From positions 14,282 to 78,281 of IMG/VR virus record IMGVR_UViG_2850949226_000003: a stretch of 64,000 nt of DNA; one strand, 5' to 3'. Under the pieces are notes generated by a model. The model was not told where the DNA came from, ran no database searches, and worked only from the letters and a program-made list of their open reading frames with translations. Below, in pieces: positions 1 through 9,557 of the stretch. Both the position numbers and the translations under genes were made by a program. Every line of letters starts with the position of its first letter. The first letter of the stretch is position 1. The DNA is from a virus. Its lineage: Duplodnaviria; Caudoviricetes.

Positions 1-128
1 TCCATTGAATTGATAATCTCTCTCACTTCATTTTTTGTTTTTTCCGCTTTATCCGGCCAGTTATTCACCAATGCTTTATACCAAAAGTTCATTTTTGTCG
101 CAACCAAATCATACGGAATTACGCTCAC
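1..128 (-). CDS. Rap-family (RRNPP) response-regulator aspartate phosphatase, 5' part only (runs off window)
   Basis: Not in ORF track. Manual translation from GTG at 128 after RBS GGGAAGAGG gives MSVIPYDLVATKMNFWYKALVNNWPDKAEKTKNEVREIINSM, a typical Bacillus Rap N-terminus. Confidence 0.8.
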   Translation of the reverse strand, partial: MSVIPYDLVATKMNFWYKALVNNWPDKAEKTKNEVREIINSM

Positions 129-358
129 CTATCCTCTTCCCTTCACTCAAGATTATAAAATTTTCAGAAAATTAAAACATCATTTGGAAGTTTCCTTTTT
201 CTACATAGTAAATATTCTACATAATTAACGGTCTTTTGACAACCATATATTGTTATTGATCTTGAAAAAAGTTCCTATATATAGATGGCGATGCTGTTCA
301 CTTGTTCGTTGAAATGTCCCAACCAATATCGTATCCTTTTAACGGGGGTTGAAAGCGA

Positions 359-532
359 ATGGATTATGAAACTAAAGGATACGATACGACGATCGTATAC
401 GACTACAAAGAGTACCCGGACGTTCATCACGGACGGTGTGATAACTGCGATTATACGCTGTTTAAAAGTTCAGTTAAAGACGGCGTTTTCTTGCGTGAGT
501 GTCGTCGGTGCGGAATGAAAAAGAGTATATAA
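359..532 (+). CDS. Small Zn-ribbon protein (57 aa)
   Basis: Manual: MDYETKGYDTTIVYDYKEYPDVHHGRCDNCDYTLFKSSVKDGVFLRECRRCGMKKSI. Two CxxC motifs, G-rich RBS, terminator right after the stop. Confidence 0.75.
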   Translation: MDYETKGYDTTIVYDYKEYPDVHHGRCDNCDYTLFKSSVKDGVFLRECRRCGMKKSI

Positions 533-540
533 GAACACAC

Positions 541-567
541 AAGCCCGACTCATGCTGGGCTTTTTTC
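541..567 (+). terminator. Intrinsic terminator
   Basis: AAGCCC...GGGCTT hairpin followed by T-run. Confidence 0.7.
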
Positions 568-700
568 TCTTCGTTTTGGGATTTTTGTCCTGATCAATAT
601 GATTCATTTTCATGGGTGTACAGGATTTATTCACCAATTCATTTCCGTATAGTGGTAAACTCTATACTGATTGTAACCATTAGTATTAGAGGAGAATGCC

Positions 701-2365
701 ATGAAAACCTTGGATGTTCAGGCGTTGCACAATGCAATTGATCAAACGCTGGAACAATTAAAACAACAGTCAGAAGAAATCGCCAAAGTCAAAAAGGCCG
801 TTGAGGGCATCACGTCTCTTGACGATGCGTTAAAAGGAAAAGGCGGCGACGCGATCCGTGCCTTTTACGAGGAATGTCATACCCCATTCTTGAAGTTCTT
901 TGAATCCTTTATCGAGGAATATCAGTCAGCCTTGAAAAAAATGAAAAAAGAGCTTCAATCATTGGAACCGAATCATAACGGATTTATTTCACAAGCCTTT
1001 CTCGAACACGAATTGGAACAAGGCTTGAACGCGGCCGATCGAACAACAAAAAACCTGGTGTCTAAAGCCAACGCTACGATCGCAAAAGTCAGCCACATTG
1101 TCGATTTGCCTGATTTGAATGACACCGATTTTCATGAACAAAATCGAAAAGCGATGAAAGATATCAATCAAACGATCGAAAAACTCCATACCTTCGACCG
1201 CGAACAGACTAATGCGCTAAAAACAGCCGAAAATGATCTTGAGACGATGCAAAAGTACATTACAAGGCTCGAGAAAATGTATACCGGGCCTAAAATTGAA
1301 ATCACCGGCTATCAAAAAGGATCGATTTCAAAACCAGAAGAAAACGCGAACATCAACGGACCTGTCGGCGGCCTTCAAGGAGAGCTGGAAAATGCCGAGC
1401 CATCTCCGATGGAAGTCATGCTGAAAAAACTGTCCGATCAAGAAGACTCTGAAGTCGATTCACTGGCCAAAGCAGACCGTTCCAAAAAGATCGATACAGG
1501 TATTCGCGTCATCAATGGCAGAGTGTATAATATGAAGGGGTACAAAAAGCTCGGTTCTGTCGATGTCACCGATGAAATCGGTACAGGCAAGGAATTCGTC
1601 GGCGGTTCATACACGCTTTATTCAAACGGTCAAATTGTTCGGAAGTACATATCCGGCGGTGAAGTGAAGTACGAGCTTGTCAGACGCATACCTGAAAATA
1701 GGGTGAAGAAAAGCGACATTGAAAAAGCCTTTGATTGGGCTAAAGACACAGTTGGAGAGTTGTCCGGTGGATATGATGGTTACAGAGCGATAACAGGTGT
1801 TGATCCTGTGACCGGCGAAAAACTATCTGTCACTGACCGTATCCTGTCCGGTGTTTCTGTCATACCCGCTACTAAAGTAGTCAAGGTAGGAAAATACGTT
1901 TTTAAAGCGAATAAAGGTGCGAAAACGGTTAAAAAGGTTTCAAATGTTGAAAAGAGCGCTAAAGGTACTAATAAATCACTATTGCCTAACGAAGGAAAAG
2001 TTGGAACGTATAAAGAACTGATTAAACAAGGTACTGCCTTTGATAATATTACTCCTCACCATATGCCGTCTGCCGCTAAAATGAAACAGTCGGGTATAAA
2101 AAGGAACAATGGTATTAGTATGAACATGGAACAACCACATCCTGGCACCGGAGGTAGACATCGTGAGACATATACCTATGGTTTATCAGGTCAAAAATTG
2201 AATGATTATCTAAAACTTGGTTACCGCGATGCTTTAGCTCATGATATTTGGGATGCTCGGAAAATTTATATAAAAGATGGTTTATACAATTCACAGGTAA
2301 AACAAGGTTTAAAAGACGTAATGAAGAAAAATAGAGAGCAATACCCACATTTATTTGATAAGTAA
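701..2365 (+). CDS. LXG polymorphic toxin (T7SS substrate) with PT-TG pre-toxin motif and C-terminal HNH/EndoVII-type (Tox-SHH-like) nuclease
   Basis: N-terminal MKTLDVQAL...DDALKGKGGDAIR (LXG); GYDGYRAITGVDPVTGEKLS (PT-TG); C-terminal PHHMPS...GGRHRET histidine motif; RBS AGAGGAG. Confidence 0.9.
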   Translation: MKTLDVQALHNAIDQTLEQLKQQSEEIAKVKKAVEGITSLDDALKGKGGDAIRAFYEECHTPFLKFFESFIEEYQSALKKMKKELQSLEPNHNGFISQAFLEHELEQGLNAADRTTKNLVSKANATIAKVSHIVDLPDLNDTDFHEQNRKAMKDINQTIEKLHTFDREQTNALKTAENDLETMQKYITRLEKMYTGPKIEITGYQKGSISKPEENANINGPVGGLQGELENAEPSPMEVMLKKLSDQEDSEVDSLAKADRSKKIDTGIRVINGRVYNMKGYKKLGSVDVTDEIGTGKEFVGGSYTLYSNGQIVRKYISGGEVKYELVRRIPENRVKKSDIEKAFDWAKDTVGELSGGYDGYRAITGVDPVTGEKLSVTDRILSGVSVIPATKVVKVGKYVFKANKGAKTVKKVSNVEKSAKGTNKSLLPNEGKVGTYKELIKQGTAFDNITPHHMPSAAKMKQSGIKRNNGISMNMEQPHPGTGGRHRETYTYGLSGQKLNDYLKLGYRDALAHDIWDARKIYIKDGLYNSQVKQGLKDVMKKNREQYPHLFDK

Positions 2366-2386
2366 AAATGGAAAGGGTGGGATTAT

Positions 2387-2848
2387 TTGGATATTAAGCC
2401 GGATTTGAAAAAAATATATGAAAACCGTTTGTTGGAAAGTGAAGATGAAGTACAAGAGTTTGAAGAGTCCTTGGCAAAGGTTCTTGATTATGGAGACGTA
2501 TCGGTTATCCCAGATTTATGTAGGGCTTTCGATGACGATACTGAACAATTCGAGGTTATGTTTGGCTTAGTTCACGGAATTGAGAGGTTATACAAAAATA
2601 ATATAGAAGAAGGACTAACTTACATTGCTATAGCTGTTCCAGAGCTTCTTAGCCGAGCTGAAGAATGGGTTGAAATCTTACATTACAGGATTCTCAACCA
2701 TCCTGAAGTAAGATTAGCTTATCGTAATGTGTTATCAAAACTTGATTCATCAATAGTTGTTAATATTAAAGATTTATTAACTGAAATAAAGAATGAGGAC
2801 CCTGATATGTTTAGTGTGTCTGTAGATGAAGTAATTAGTGATATCTAA
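2387..2848 (+). CDS. Imm30-like immunity protein
   Basis: Directly downstream of the toxin; acidic helical protein with NRLL...LC..FDD.TE..EVMFGL.H.IE signature. Confidence 0.8.
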   Translation: MDIKPDLKKIYENRLLESEDEVQEFEESLAKVLDYGDVSVIPDLCRAFDDDTEQFEVMFGLVHGIERLYKNNIEEGLTYIAIAVPELLSRAEEWVEILHYRILNHPEVRLAYRNVLSKLDSSIVVNIKDLLTEIKNEDPDMFSVSVDEVISDI

Positions 2849-2900
2849 ACCTTGGTTGGCTTTGTCCTTTCAAGGTTTTTGTTAAGGATGGGGGAAATTT

Positions 2901-3365
2901 TTGAATATCCAAACAGAGTTGAAAAAATTAAGAGATAATCGGTTACTAAGAAATTCTGATGAAATAAATGAATTCGAATCGGCCATCGCTAACATTGTTG
3001 AATTAGAGGATGCAGACCATATTGAATACTTGTGTCAGGGATTCGATGATTCTACAGAAGAGGATGAAGTTATGTTTGGTTTGATCCACGCTATTGAATC
3101 ATATGATAACAAATTTGACGGAGAGATAACTTTGAAGAAGTTCGCTGAGGCTGTTCCAAGTATGTTGCCTCACCCTAAAGAATGGTCAAAAATTATGCAT
3201 AAGAGAATTTTAAATCATGAACCTTCTAGGATCACTTATTCAAAGATCATCAAAGAACTTGATAAAGAAATCCAATCTAAAATCGTTGACCAGTTAGTTG
3301 AAATTAAAAACAAAAATCCTAAACGATTTGAAGCGAGCGCTAACCAAATTATCGAGCATTTATAA
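2901..3365 (+). CDS. Second Imm30-like immunity paralogue
   Basis: Aligns by eye with 2387..2848 (NRLL, LCxxFDD, EVMFGL.H.IE, H.RILNH). Confidence 0.8.
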   Translation: MNIQTELKKLRDNRLLRNSDEINEFESAIANIVELEDADHIEYLCQGFDDSTEEDEVMFGLIHAIESYDNKFDGEITLKKFAEAVPSMLPHPKEWSKIMHKRILNHEPSRITYSKIIKELDKEIQSKIVDQLVEIKNKNPKRFEASANQIIEHL

Positions 3366-3379
3366 AGAGATTTGATTTT

Positions 3380-3406
3380 GCACCGATAAGACTATCGGTG
3401 TTTTTA
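3380..3406 (+). terminator. Intrinsic terminator
   Basis: CACCGATA-agac-TATCGGTG then T-run. Confidence 0.8.
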
Positions 3407-3495
3407 TTTTGTGAAAAAAGTTTCCTAAAAAACCCCAATATGGTAAAATGTTAAATGTTTAACTATCTCAAAAAATCTATGGAGGGATTTATCTA

Positions 3496-4359
3496 TTGGG
3501 TGAACTTTTAAACATTGTCTTAGGTATTATCGCATCTGTACTAACCATAATTAGTTTTAAATCGGCAAAAGAAGCTTCAACTGAAATAACGCAGACTGGT
3601 GATAACAATTCTGTATATATTGATAATAAAAAAGTCAATATAAATAACTTTTTGATGCCTACCCAAAAACAAATTATTAAAATAGAGCGTATTATCGAAC
3701 GCGTTGTAGTGCGTGAGAAAAGGGAGAACTCTGCTGATATCATTTGGATCATCATTGCTTTTGTATTATTTACTTTGTTTGGTGCGATCTATATGAGTTA
3801 TTCTTTTCTTTTCGCTACAATTCTATTAGCTTTATTTGTATTTCGGTTCATTTTATACATCCAGTATTCGAATGCGATAAGAATTTACTCTGATTCATAT
3901 GATAAAAGTAAATTCATCATCTGCTCCATTCAACGTCTAATTTTATTTTGTATTCTTCTCAGCCTAATGTTTTTTTCAGTTCCTCAAGAATTGCAGAAGG
4001 TTGTTGCTCATACTAAATTTGATTTTTATTCCTTGCTAATGAAAGGCGGCGGAACTTCTTTAGCGAATTGGGCTGACGGAGTAATTAAATACATCCGAAG
4101 TATCTGGAATACAACTCCTTTTTATTTCTTCTTGTTTAGAAGTGTCGGAGTAATCGGCCTTACTTCTGGAATATGGTATATAACAGGTAAAAGCGTCTTG
4201 CCGATATATTCACATAATATTGAAAGATGGAAAGCTTTATTGTCGGAACTTTGTTTTTTTATTTTTATCGCTATTGTTTTTTTCGCACTCTATCCTTGGA
4301 TATTCTTAGATACAAAAAACGCTGTAGAACCCATAGTGATTGAATGGTTACGGAAATAA
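3496..4359 (+). CDS. Multi-pass membrane protein of unknown function
   Basis: 287-aa ORF with several hydrophobic segments, RBS GGAGGG, own TGgTAAAAT -10 box and terminator. Confidence 0.7.
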   Translation: MGELLNIVLGIIASVLTIISFKSAKEASTEITQTGDNNSVYIDNKKVNINNFLMPTQKQIIKIERIIERVVVREKRENSADIIWIIIAFVLFTLFGAIYMSYSFLFATILLALFVFRFILYIQYSNAIRIYSDSYDKSKFIICSIQRLILFCILLSLMFFSVPQELQKVVAHTKFDFYSLLMKGGGTSLANWADGVIKYIRSIWNTTPFYFFLFRSVGVIGLTSGIWYITGKSVLPIYSHNIERWKALLSELCFFIFIAIVFFALYPWIFLDTKNAVEPIVIEWLRK

Positions 4360-4366
4360 ACTATAT

Positions 4367-4389
4367 AAGCCCTTTAGAGGGCTTTTTTT
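4367..4389 (+). terminator. Intrinsic terminator
   Basis: AAGCCCT-tt-AGAGGGCTT followed by T-run. Confidence 0.75.
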
Positions 4390-4487
4390 ATTGTGATGAG
4401 AAGTTGAAGTGAGCACCAATAAATTGATTCTTTATTATAACTAAAATAAAATTAAGTCGTAAAAACAGTTATAAGGAGGGCGTCTAA

Positions 4488-4733
4488 ATGGACGTGATGG
4501 AGTACATTTTTAAGAAAGCAATTATTGAGGGAGCGAGAAGCAACACTGAACAATTGGTCGAAAAATTTAAGGCGGGAGAAGAACTAACCAGAGAAGAGGT
4601 TGAACGTCTCCTGACAACTACTGTTTGTGCATTAGGTATTATCCGGGAGGAAATCCTTGAGCCTGTTCGTGAAGAATTTGAAAAAGACCCGTTTTTTCAA
4701 CCATTTAAAGATACAGATGGTCCATTGCATTAG
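4488..4733 (+). CDS. Phage hypothetical protein
   Basis: RBS AAGGAGG, 81 aa, hairpin after stop. Confidence 0.65.
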   Translation: MDVMEYIFKKAIIEGARSNTEQLVEKFKAGEELTREEVERLLTTTVCALGIIREEILEPVREEFEKDPFFQPFKDTDGPLH

Positions 4734-4797
4734 AGATGGCGAGAGGGCTTCGGTCCTCTTATAAATAAAAAGCCACGACCAGAAAGGATGAGAGAGT

Positions 4798-4986
4798 GTG
4801 GAAAATGGATTAGCTACTACAATAAGTGAAATTTTAAATGCACTAAGTCCATTTATTATAGGTTACTTAATTTTTTCTGTAGTGTTATTTGTTTTCGTTT
4901 TTTCATTCATTATTTTTGTTGCCATTAAAGTGATAAAGGGGCATAGGGAGTTTGAGAAGCGGAGAAAAGAAAATGGTAGCGGTTAA
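4798..4986 (+). CDS. Small single-TM protein
   Basis: Hydrophobic core followed by basic tail; RBS-like GAAAGGA. Confidence 0.55.
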   Translation: MENGLATTISEILNALSPFIIGYLIFSVVLFVFVFSFIIFVAIKVIKGHREFEKRRKENGSG

Positions 4987-5010
4987 AATGCCGTTCGGAA
5001 AGGACGAAAA

Positions 5011-5250
5011 ATGCAAAGACATAAGCTGAAAATTTTGCCGGAGTATTTCGATTATGTTTGTACCGGCGAAAAATCTTTCGAGATAAGGAAAAACGATCGG
5101 GGTTTTAAGGTCGGTGATTTGCTGGAGCTTCACGAGTATATTCCCGAGAAAGATGAATTTACAGGACGGGTTGTAGTTCGTGAAGTAACGTATATGACTG
5201 ACTACGCTCAAAAAGAAAATTACGTCGTTATGGCTATTGATATAGCTTGA
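5011..5250 (+). CDS. DUF3850/ASCH (PUA-like) phage protein
   Basis: HKLKILPEYF...GEKSFEIRKNDRGFKVGDLL.L.EY signature. Confidence 0.85.
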   Translation: MQRHKLKILPEYFDYVCTGEKSFEIRKNDRGFKVGDLLELHEYIPEKDEFTGRVVVREVTYMTDYAQKENYVVMAIDIA

Positions 5251-5262
5251 CACGGGAAGGAG

Positions 5263-5460
5263 ATGGCGAAATTGACGGAAGAACAAGTGTATGAATTTAA
5301 GTCAACACTCGATTTTTTTCTCGAAAATATGGAACTCGTTGCTCACCAAGTCGAATTGAATGCAGTTTTAATGAGAAAAGCAAAAGATGCACTCATGAAA
5401 GCGGGTTTTACTGAAGAACAGGCATTAGAAATCATAAAAGCAAGAGGGGCAATGTTGTAA
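5263..5460 (+). CDS. Phage hypothetical protein
   Basis: C-terminal ALMKAGFTEEQALEII motif common in small phage proteins. Confidence 0.65.
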   Translation: MAKLTEEQVYEFKSTLDFFLENMELVAHQVELNAVLMRKAKDALMKAGFTEEQALEIIKARGAML

Positions 5461-5563
5461 TAAAAATCAATGGTTCAGAGAAGAAAAGGTGGAAAAACGG
5501 TGACTAAAGAGTTAATAAATGTTGGTTTATATGGTGGTAAAAGCATATTCAGGAGGTAGAGGG

Positions 5564-5776
5564 ATGAGAAAACCAATGGTGTTGAGCGAAGAAGAGGTAT
5601 TGAACAGTGTAGGAACAATGATGATAATGACTGGTGCAACGCGGTTGGTTGAACATGAAGGAATGACACCGCACGAAGCTTTACAACAGATGGAACGTGT
5701 AAAAAATTCGGTGTTTCATGTGCTATCTGAAATCCATCGCGAAGTAAATCAAGCGGAAAAGGAGGTAGAGGAATGA
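5564..5776 (+). CDS. Phage hypothetical protein
   Basis: Start moved to ATG 5564 after AGGAGG; ATGA overlap with next gene. Confidence 0.6.
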   Translation: MRKPMVLSEEEVLNSVGTMMIMTGATRLVEHEGMTPHEALQQMERVKNSVFHVLSEIHREVNQAEKEVEE

Positions 5777-6093
5777 ATTATAAACTAAGTCCGAGACTTA
5801 AACGATATTTCGATGATATTGAAATAAAGAAGATGATGAACAACAATATTTTTGAGTTTCAAAAGAAACGACAGGAATTTTTCAATTCAGAAATTAGAAG
5901 GGTGTTCGATCATTTCGGTTTAACGTTTGATGAAGTGAAGAAGCGCGCGAAGTTCGGAACCGATATAGACGGAAATCAGATTCTTTGGATTGACGATAAA
6001 CAAGTTTTGACCTTTTCGATGCCGGAGATTTCAGGCGCTCAAGTGATACAGCGGGTCAAGCGGCTTTATAAGGAGCGGCGGAATGATGCCTGA
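5773..6093 (+). CDS. Phage hypothetical protein
   Basis: RBS AGGAGG; translationally coupled chain. Confidence 0.6.
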   Translation: MNYKLSPRLKRYFDDIEIKKMMNNNIFEFQKKRQEFFNSEIRRVFDHFGLTFDEVKKRAKFGTDIDGNQILWIDDKQVLTFSMPEISGAQVIQRVKRLYKERRNDA

Positions 6094-6442
6094 AAAAATA
6101 ATTGATGAAGTAAATTATTTAATGACTTTGACTGATGATGAATTAAACGAATTATTAATTAGTGAAAAATATAATAAAGCAAACTTGCGCGAGCTGGTAA
6201 GACGGACTTTGAAGGTTGCGAATGAGTATAAAAAAGCCTTTGAGTACGAGACAAGCGAAGAGAAAAAAGAAACTGATGAATCTTTAAAGCGTTATGACCG
6301 AATGGAGGCGGAAAACGAGCGGTTGAAGAAGGCGCTGAAATTAATCCAATCGAAGTCGGAGCTTCCCGAAGAACCAGTCGATTTAGTTCCGATTACTGAG
6401 CTATACGAAATAAATTTACACGCAAAGGAGGCGCTAAGATGA
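6083..6442 (+). CDS. Phage coiled-coil hypothetical protein
   Basis: RBS AAGGAG; MEAENERLKKAL motif; ATGA overlap at the 3' end. Confidence 0.6.
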   Translation: MMPEKIIDEVNYLMTLTDDELNELLISEKYNKANLRELVRRTLKVANEYKKAFEYETSEEKKETDESLKRYDRMEAENERLKKALKLIQSKSELPEEPVDLVPITELYEINLHAKEALR

Positions 6443-6456
6443 GCGAAATTAAATAA
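6439..6456 (+). pseudogene. Possible YopX-family gene stub (MSEIK*)
   Basis: Strong RBS AAGGAGG and ATG overlapping the upstream stop, then only MSEIK and TAA. YopX proteins typically begin M(R/S)EIKFR. Confidence 0.35.
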
Positions 6457-6537
6457 AGCAAAGGAGTTGATGCTCTATGTAGCAATATGAGGATGTTTAC
6501 TACAATTAAGAAAAAATCAAACAAAGGGGATTGAGAA

Positions 6538-7387
6538 ATGAAAGGTATTGCAAAACTGAATAATTTGTTCTCTAGGATTAAGTTTCTTCCGAAGACGGGA
6601 AATCGACTGAAGCAAACTTTTATTGAAGGGGGCAGAGTGTTGCAACCGACCAAAGCCACGACACTCTACCACCCGGCGCTTCCCAAGAGTGAGAAGCATA
6701 CCAATTATATCATGTTTTCTCTCTTTTTTGCAATTCAGCTTTTACTATCGCCTGTCGTCCAAGCGGCTGATAAATACCAAAATTTCGCGGAATTACAGGC
6801 AAACGAAGACCCTGCAAACTATAACATCGAGAGTGTAAGTCATGATCACTCTGTTCTTATATTCGCTCCGCATGGTGGAGGTATCGAAGGGGGAACAAGT
6901 GAAATTGCACGTCACTTGAGCGCAGGTTATTCGATGTATCTGTTTGAGGGACTAAAGTCTTCTGGAAACTTCGATTTACACATCACAAGTACAAATTTCG
7001 ACGAACCCACCGCATTAAAAATGATCAGCAAACACCAATACGTCATATCTCTTCATGGTTATCGGGATAATAAAGAGCATGTCATTGTTGGTGGCTCTGA
7101 CACCCTGAATGCGGCTCGCTTAACGGAGATTTTAAATGATGCAGGAATTTCAGCAGAACATAGAACAAGCGGCTCTCTAGCTGGAGTTGATCCGGGGGAA
7201 CATTGCGAATAAGTGCATCACAGGTAAAAGCATCCAGATCGAGATGAGCACACCGTTACGGAAATCCATGTTCGAAACGTTCACATTATCAGGAAGGTCT
7301 GGTTCTCAAAACGAAAGATTTTATTTGTTCACTAATTTATTAACGACTTTCATCAAGGACACTTATGAAAGCGGGGTAAATGAGTAA
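6538..7387 (+). pseudogene. Poly-gamma-glutamate hydrolase (PghP/YndL-like, DUF867) split by a frameshift near 7194-7198
   Basis: APHGGGIEGGTSE, LHITSTNFDEP, ISLHGY in 6538..7212; the C-terminus NIANK...SIQIEMSTPLRKSMF is in another frame (7187..7387). Removing one G from CCGGGGG restores one ORF. Confidence 0.85.
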
Positions 7388-9141
7388 TGTTTACATTTAT
7401 CCCGGCAGAATGGAATATCTTTACGGACAAAACGAATGCAAAAGAAACAACTGATGGTTTGAATGCTGTAATACACGCCGCACAAAAAGCAGGACACACT
7501 GAAATTTTTATTCCTAGAGGGAATTATTTAATTGACGGTGTAAATGAAACAGGGAAAACGCCAGAGGAAGGTGCAGGGATTCGCCCGCCTTCTAATATCA
7601 AAATCCTTATGCACCCCGAAACGGTTCTCAATGTAAAACCGAACGGTTCGTATGGGTATTCTTGTTTCCATCTGGAAACCGTTGAAAATGTCACGATATC
7701 AGGCGGGAAGATCAGAGGGGACCGGTACGAACATGATTTCACAGGGCATGGGGACCTCAAAGAAAAAGATACTCACGAATGGGGATTCGGAATTAATATC
7801 CAAGGTTCAAAAAATATCATCATCGAAAATGTAGACATCACAGGTTTAACAGGAGATTGCATTTTCATATGTGCTAAAGGTCTGCTTAATGTCCCTTGGA
7901 CAGATTACACGCCATCCCAAAACATAACCATCCGAAATTGTATTCTTGATGGATCACGCCGGAATAACATTTCTGTAACAGCCGGCGAAGGAGTTTTGAT
8001 TCAAAGAAATGTTATCACAAACGCAGGAATTAATGATGGATGTAAACCAGGATTCGGTATTGATATAGAGGGGTATGGAGAAGGGGATATTGATTTCGAA
8101 GAACCGAAGAACATCATCGTTTCCAAAAACACTTTTATCGGCAATGTTAATCAGTCAGCCTGTAATTATAACGGGTATGGAGTGGTGTTCGAGGGGAACT
8201 ATTCTGACAATTCCATTTCATACGGGTATGGCACCGACACAGTTCTGTTTGATAACGTATTTAGTCGTGAGGACAAAAAGCAAGTTGCCATAACTGCTTT
8301 AGGGGTTTCTAACGGTAAGAAAGCCAATAATGTGTCTATCAAAGGGAATGTAGTCAAAGGCTTTAGTAGTGGTATAGATGCGCGTGGAAAAGGTATTGTC
8401 GTAACGGGGAATGCACTTTCAGAATTAGGTGGCGTTCCGATATCGACGTATAAAGCTGAAAATATCCTTATAACAAATAATATCGTTCACGAATGCAAGG
8501 GAACTCTGTGCAAGACCTTTCAATCAGGCGATGTTTTCATTCAAGGAAATAAGTTCAGCGATTCTGATGTAACTGCTTTCGAAATTGTGGATTCCGTTAA
8601 CGTTAAATTGTTAATGAATGACATAAGGAAATCAAAACAAGGTTTTAGGATCATGAGTTCAAGTGCAAAAATAATGGATAACATCATCGACTTATCAGAA
8701 CATGAATCTCCGTCATACGGAATTTACTTTGACAAGTTCAGTGATGTAATTATGAAGCGGAATCATTTTGAAGGTCTGCGAAACATGGCTATCTACGGAG
8801 ACAGCAAAGAAGGTCGGAAAGTCGAATTGAAACAAAACGTTATCAAAGATTTCCGGGCCATTATCCCGGTCTATATTGTCGGAGGAAAAGATCATAAAAT
8901 CACAGACAATGACATCACTTTTAATCGTTCTTCGGACGGAGGATACGGCATCTATCTCAAAGATACAGATAACGTTATGATAGCTGGAAATTCTGTTCTG
9001 AATAATTCTCCGTTCAAAATTGCAAGCCACATTAAGACGAACGAGTCGGTTAATTCTAAAGTGATCAATAACACTTTGTGCAAAAGCGGTAAATTACTTT
9101 TGAATGAAACCGATTCAGAGTACGGAAATATATTGATCTAA
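7387..9141 (+). CDS. Right-handed parallel beta-helix protein (pectate-lyase/depolymerase-like)
   Basis: TTDGLNAVIHAA...IFIPRGNYLI start; repeated (N/S)ITIxNxxI units; GDCI and RRNNIS motifs. Confidence 0.8.
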   Translation: MFTFIPAEWNIFTDKTNAKETTDGLNAVIHAAQKAGHTEIFIPRGNYLIDGVNETGKTPEEGAGIRPPSNIKILMHPETVLNVKPNGSYGYSCFHLETVENVTISGGKIRGDRYEHDFTGHGDLKEKDTHEWGFGINIQGSKNIIIENVDITGLTGDCIFICAKGLLNVPWTDYTPSQNITIRNCILDGSRRNNISVTAGEGVLIQRNVITNAGINDGCKPGFGIDIEGYGEGDIDFEEPKNIIVSKNTFIGNVNQSACNYNGYGVVFEGNYSDNSISYGYGTDTVLFDNVFSREDKKQVAITALGVSNGKKANNVSIKGNVVKGFSSGIDARGKGIVVTGNALSELGGVPISTYKAENILITNNIVHECKGTLCKTFQSGDVFIQGNKFSDSDVTAFEIVDSVNVKLLMNDIRKSKQGFRIMSSSAKIMDNIIDLSEHESPSYGIYFDKFSDVIMKRNHFEGLRNMAIYGDSKEGRKVELKQNVIKDFRAIIPVYIVGGKDHKITDNDITFNRSSDGGYGIYLKDTDNVMIAGNSVLNNSPFKIASHIKTNESVNSKVINNTLCKSGKLLLNETDSEYGNILI

Positions 9142-9183
9142 GAATAAAGCTGACGAATATTATGATAAGAGGGGGATTGCGAC

Positions 9184-9347
9184 ATGTTCTTGATATTGAT
9201 TTTAACAGGCTTATTTGTTGTTGACGCAATAGGGATTGGACTTCGGTTGCATCTTACGCATTTTCGTATATCCCCCTTTTAGTTGTGATCACTGCGGTTT
9301 CGATATTTATGTCTTTCTACACAATAATCAAATGGATGGACAAATAG
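9184..9347 (+). pseudogene. Small two-TM protein apparently broken by a 1-nt indel near 9232-9234
   Basis: MFLILILTGLFVVDAIG continues in another frame as DWTSVASYAFSYIPLLVVITAVSIFMSFYTIIKWMDK*. One extra G joins them. Confidence 0.4.
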
Positions 9348-9359
9348 GGGTGTGTCAGT

Positions 9360-9512
9360 ATGGCTGATGAAAAAGTTTGCTCTGTGTGCGGAAGAGAAGT
9401 TTTCCCTGACTATAATTTCTTTGATCGAGATGAAGTCTGCGATAGATGCTGGAAAGAATGGGAGCAGGAAAAGAGAGAACAGGAGCATGAATATTGGAGA
9501 TCGAGGTTATGA
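9360..9512 (+). CDS. Small Zn-finger protein (50 aa)
   Basis: Manual: MADEKVCSVCGREVFPDYNFFDRDEVCDRCWKEWEQEKREQEHEYWRSRL; RBS AGGGG. Confidence 0.7.
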   Translation: MADEKVCSVCGREVFPDYNFFDRDEVCDRCWKEWEQEKREQEHEYWRSRL

Positions 9513-9557
9513 AACAGCCGATTATTTGCTTGGCTTAGGCGTTTAGAAGAATGGAGG

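Noticed and set aside
10-741. Track ORFs 10..228, 285..518 and 499..741
   Set aside because: Shadow frames; better explained by the minus-strand rap start, the 359..532 Zn-ribbon gene and a terminator.
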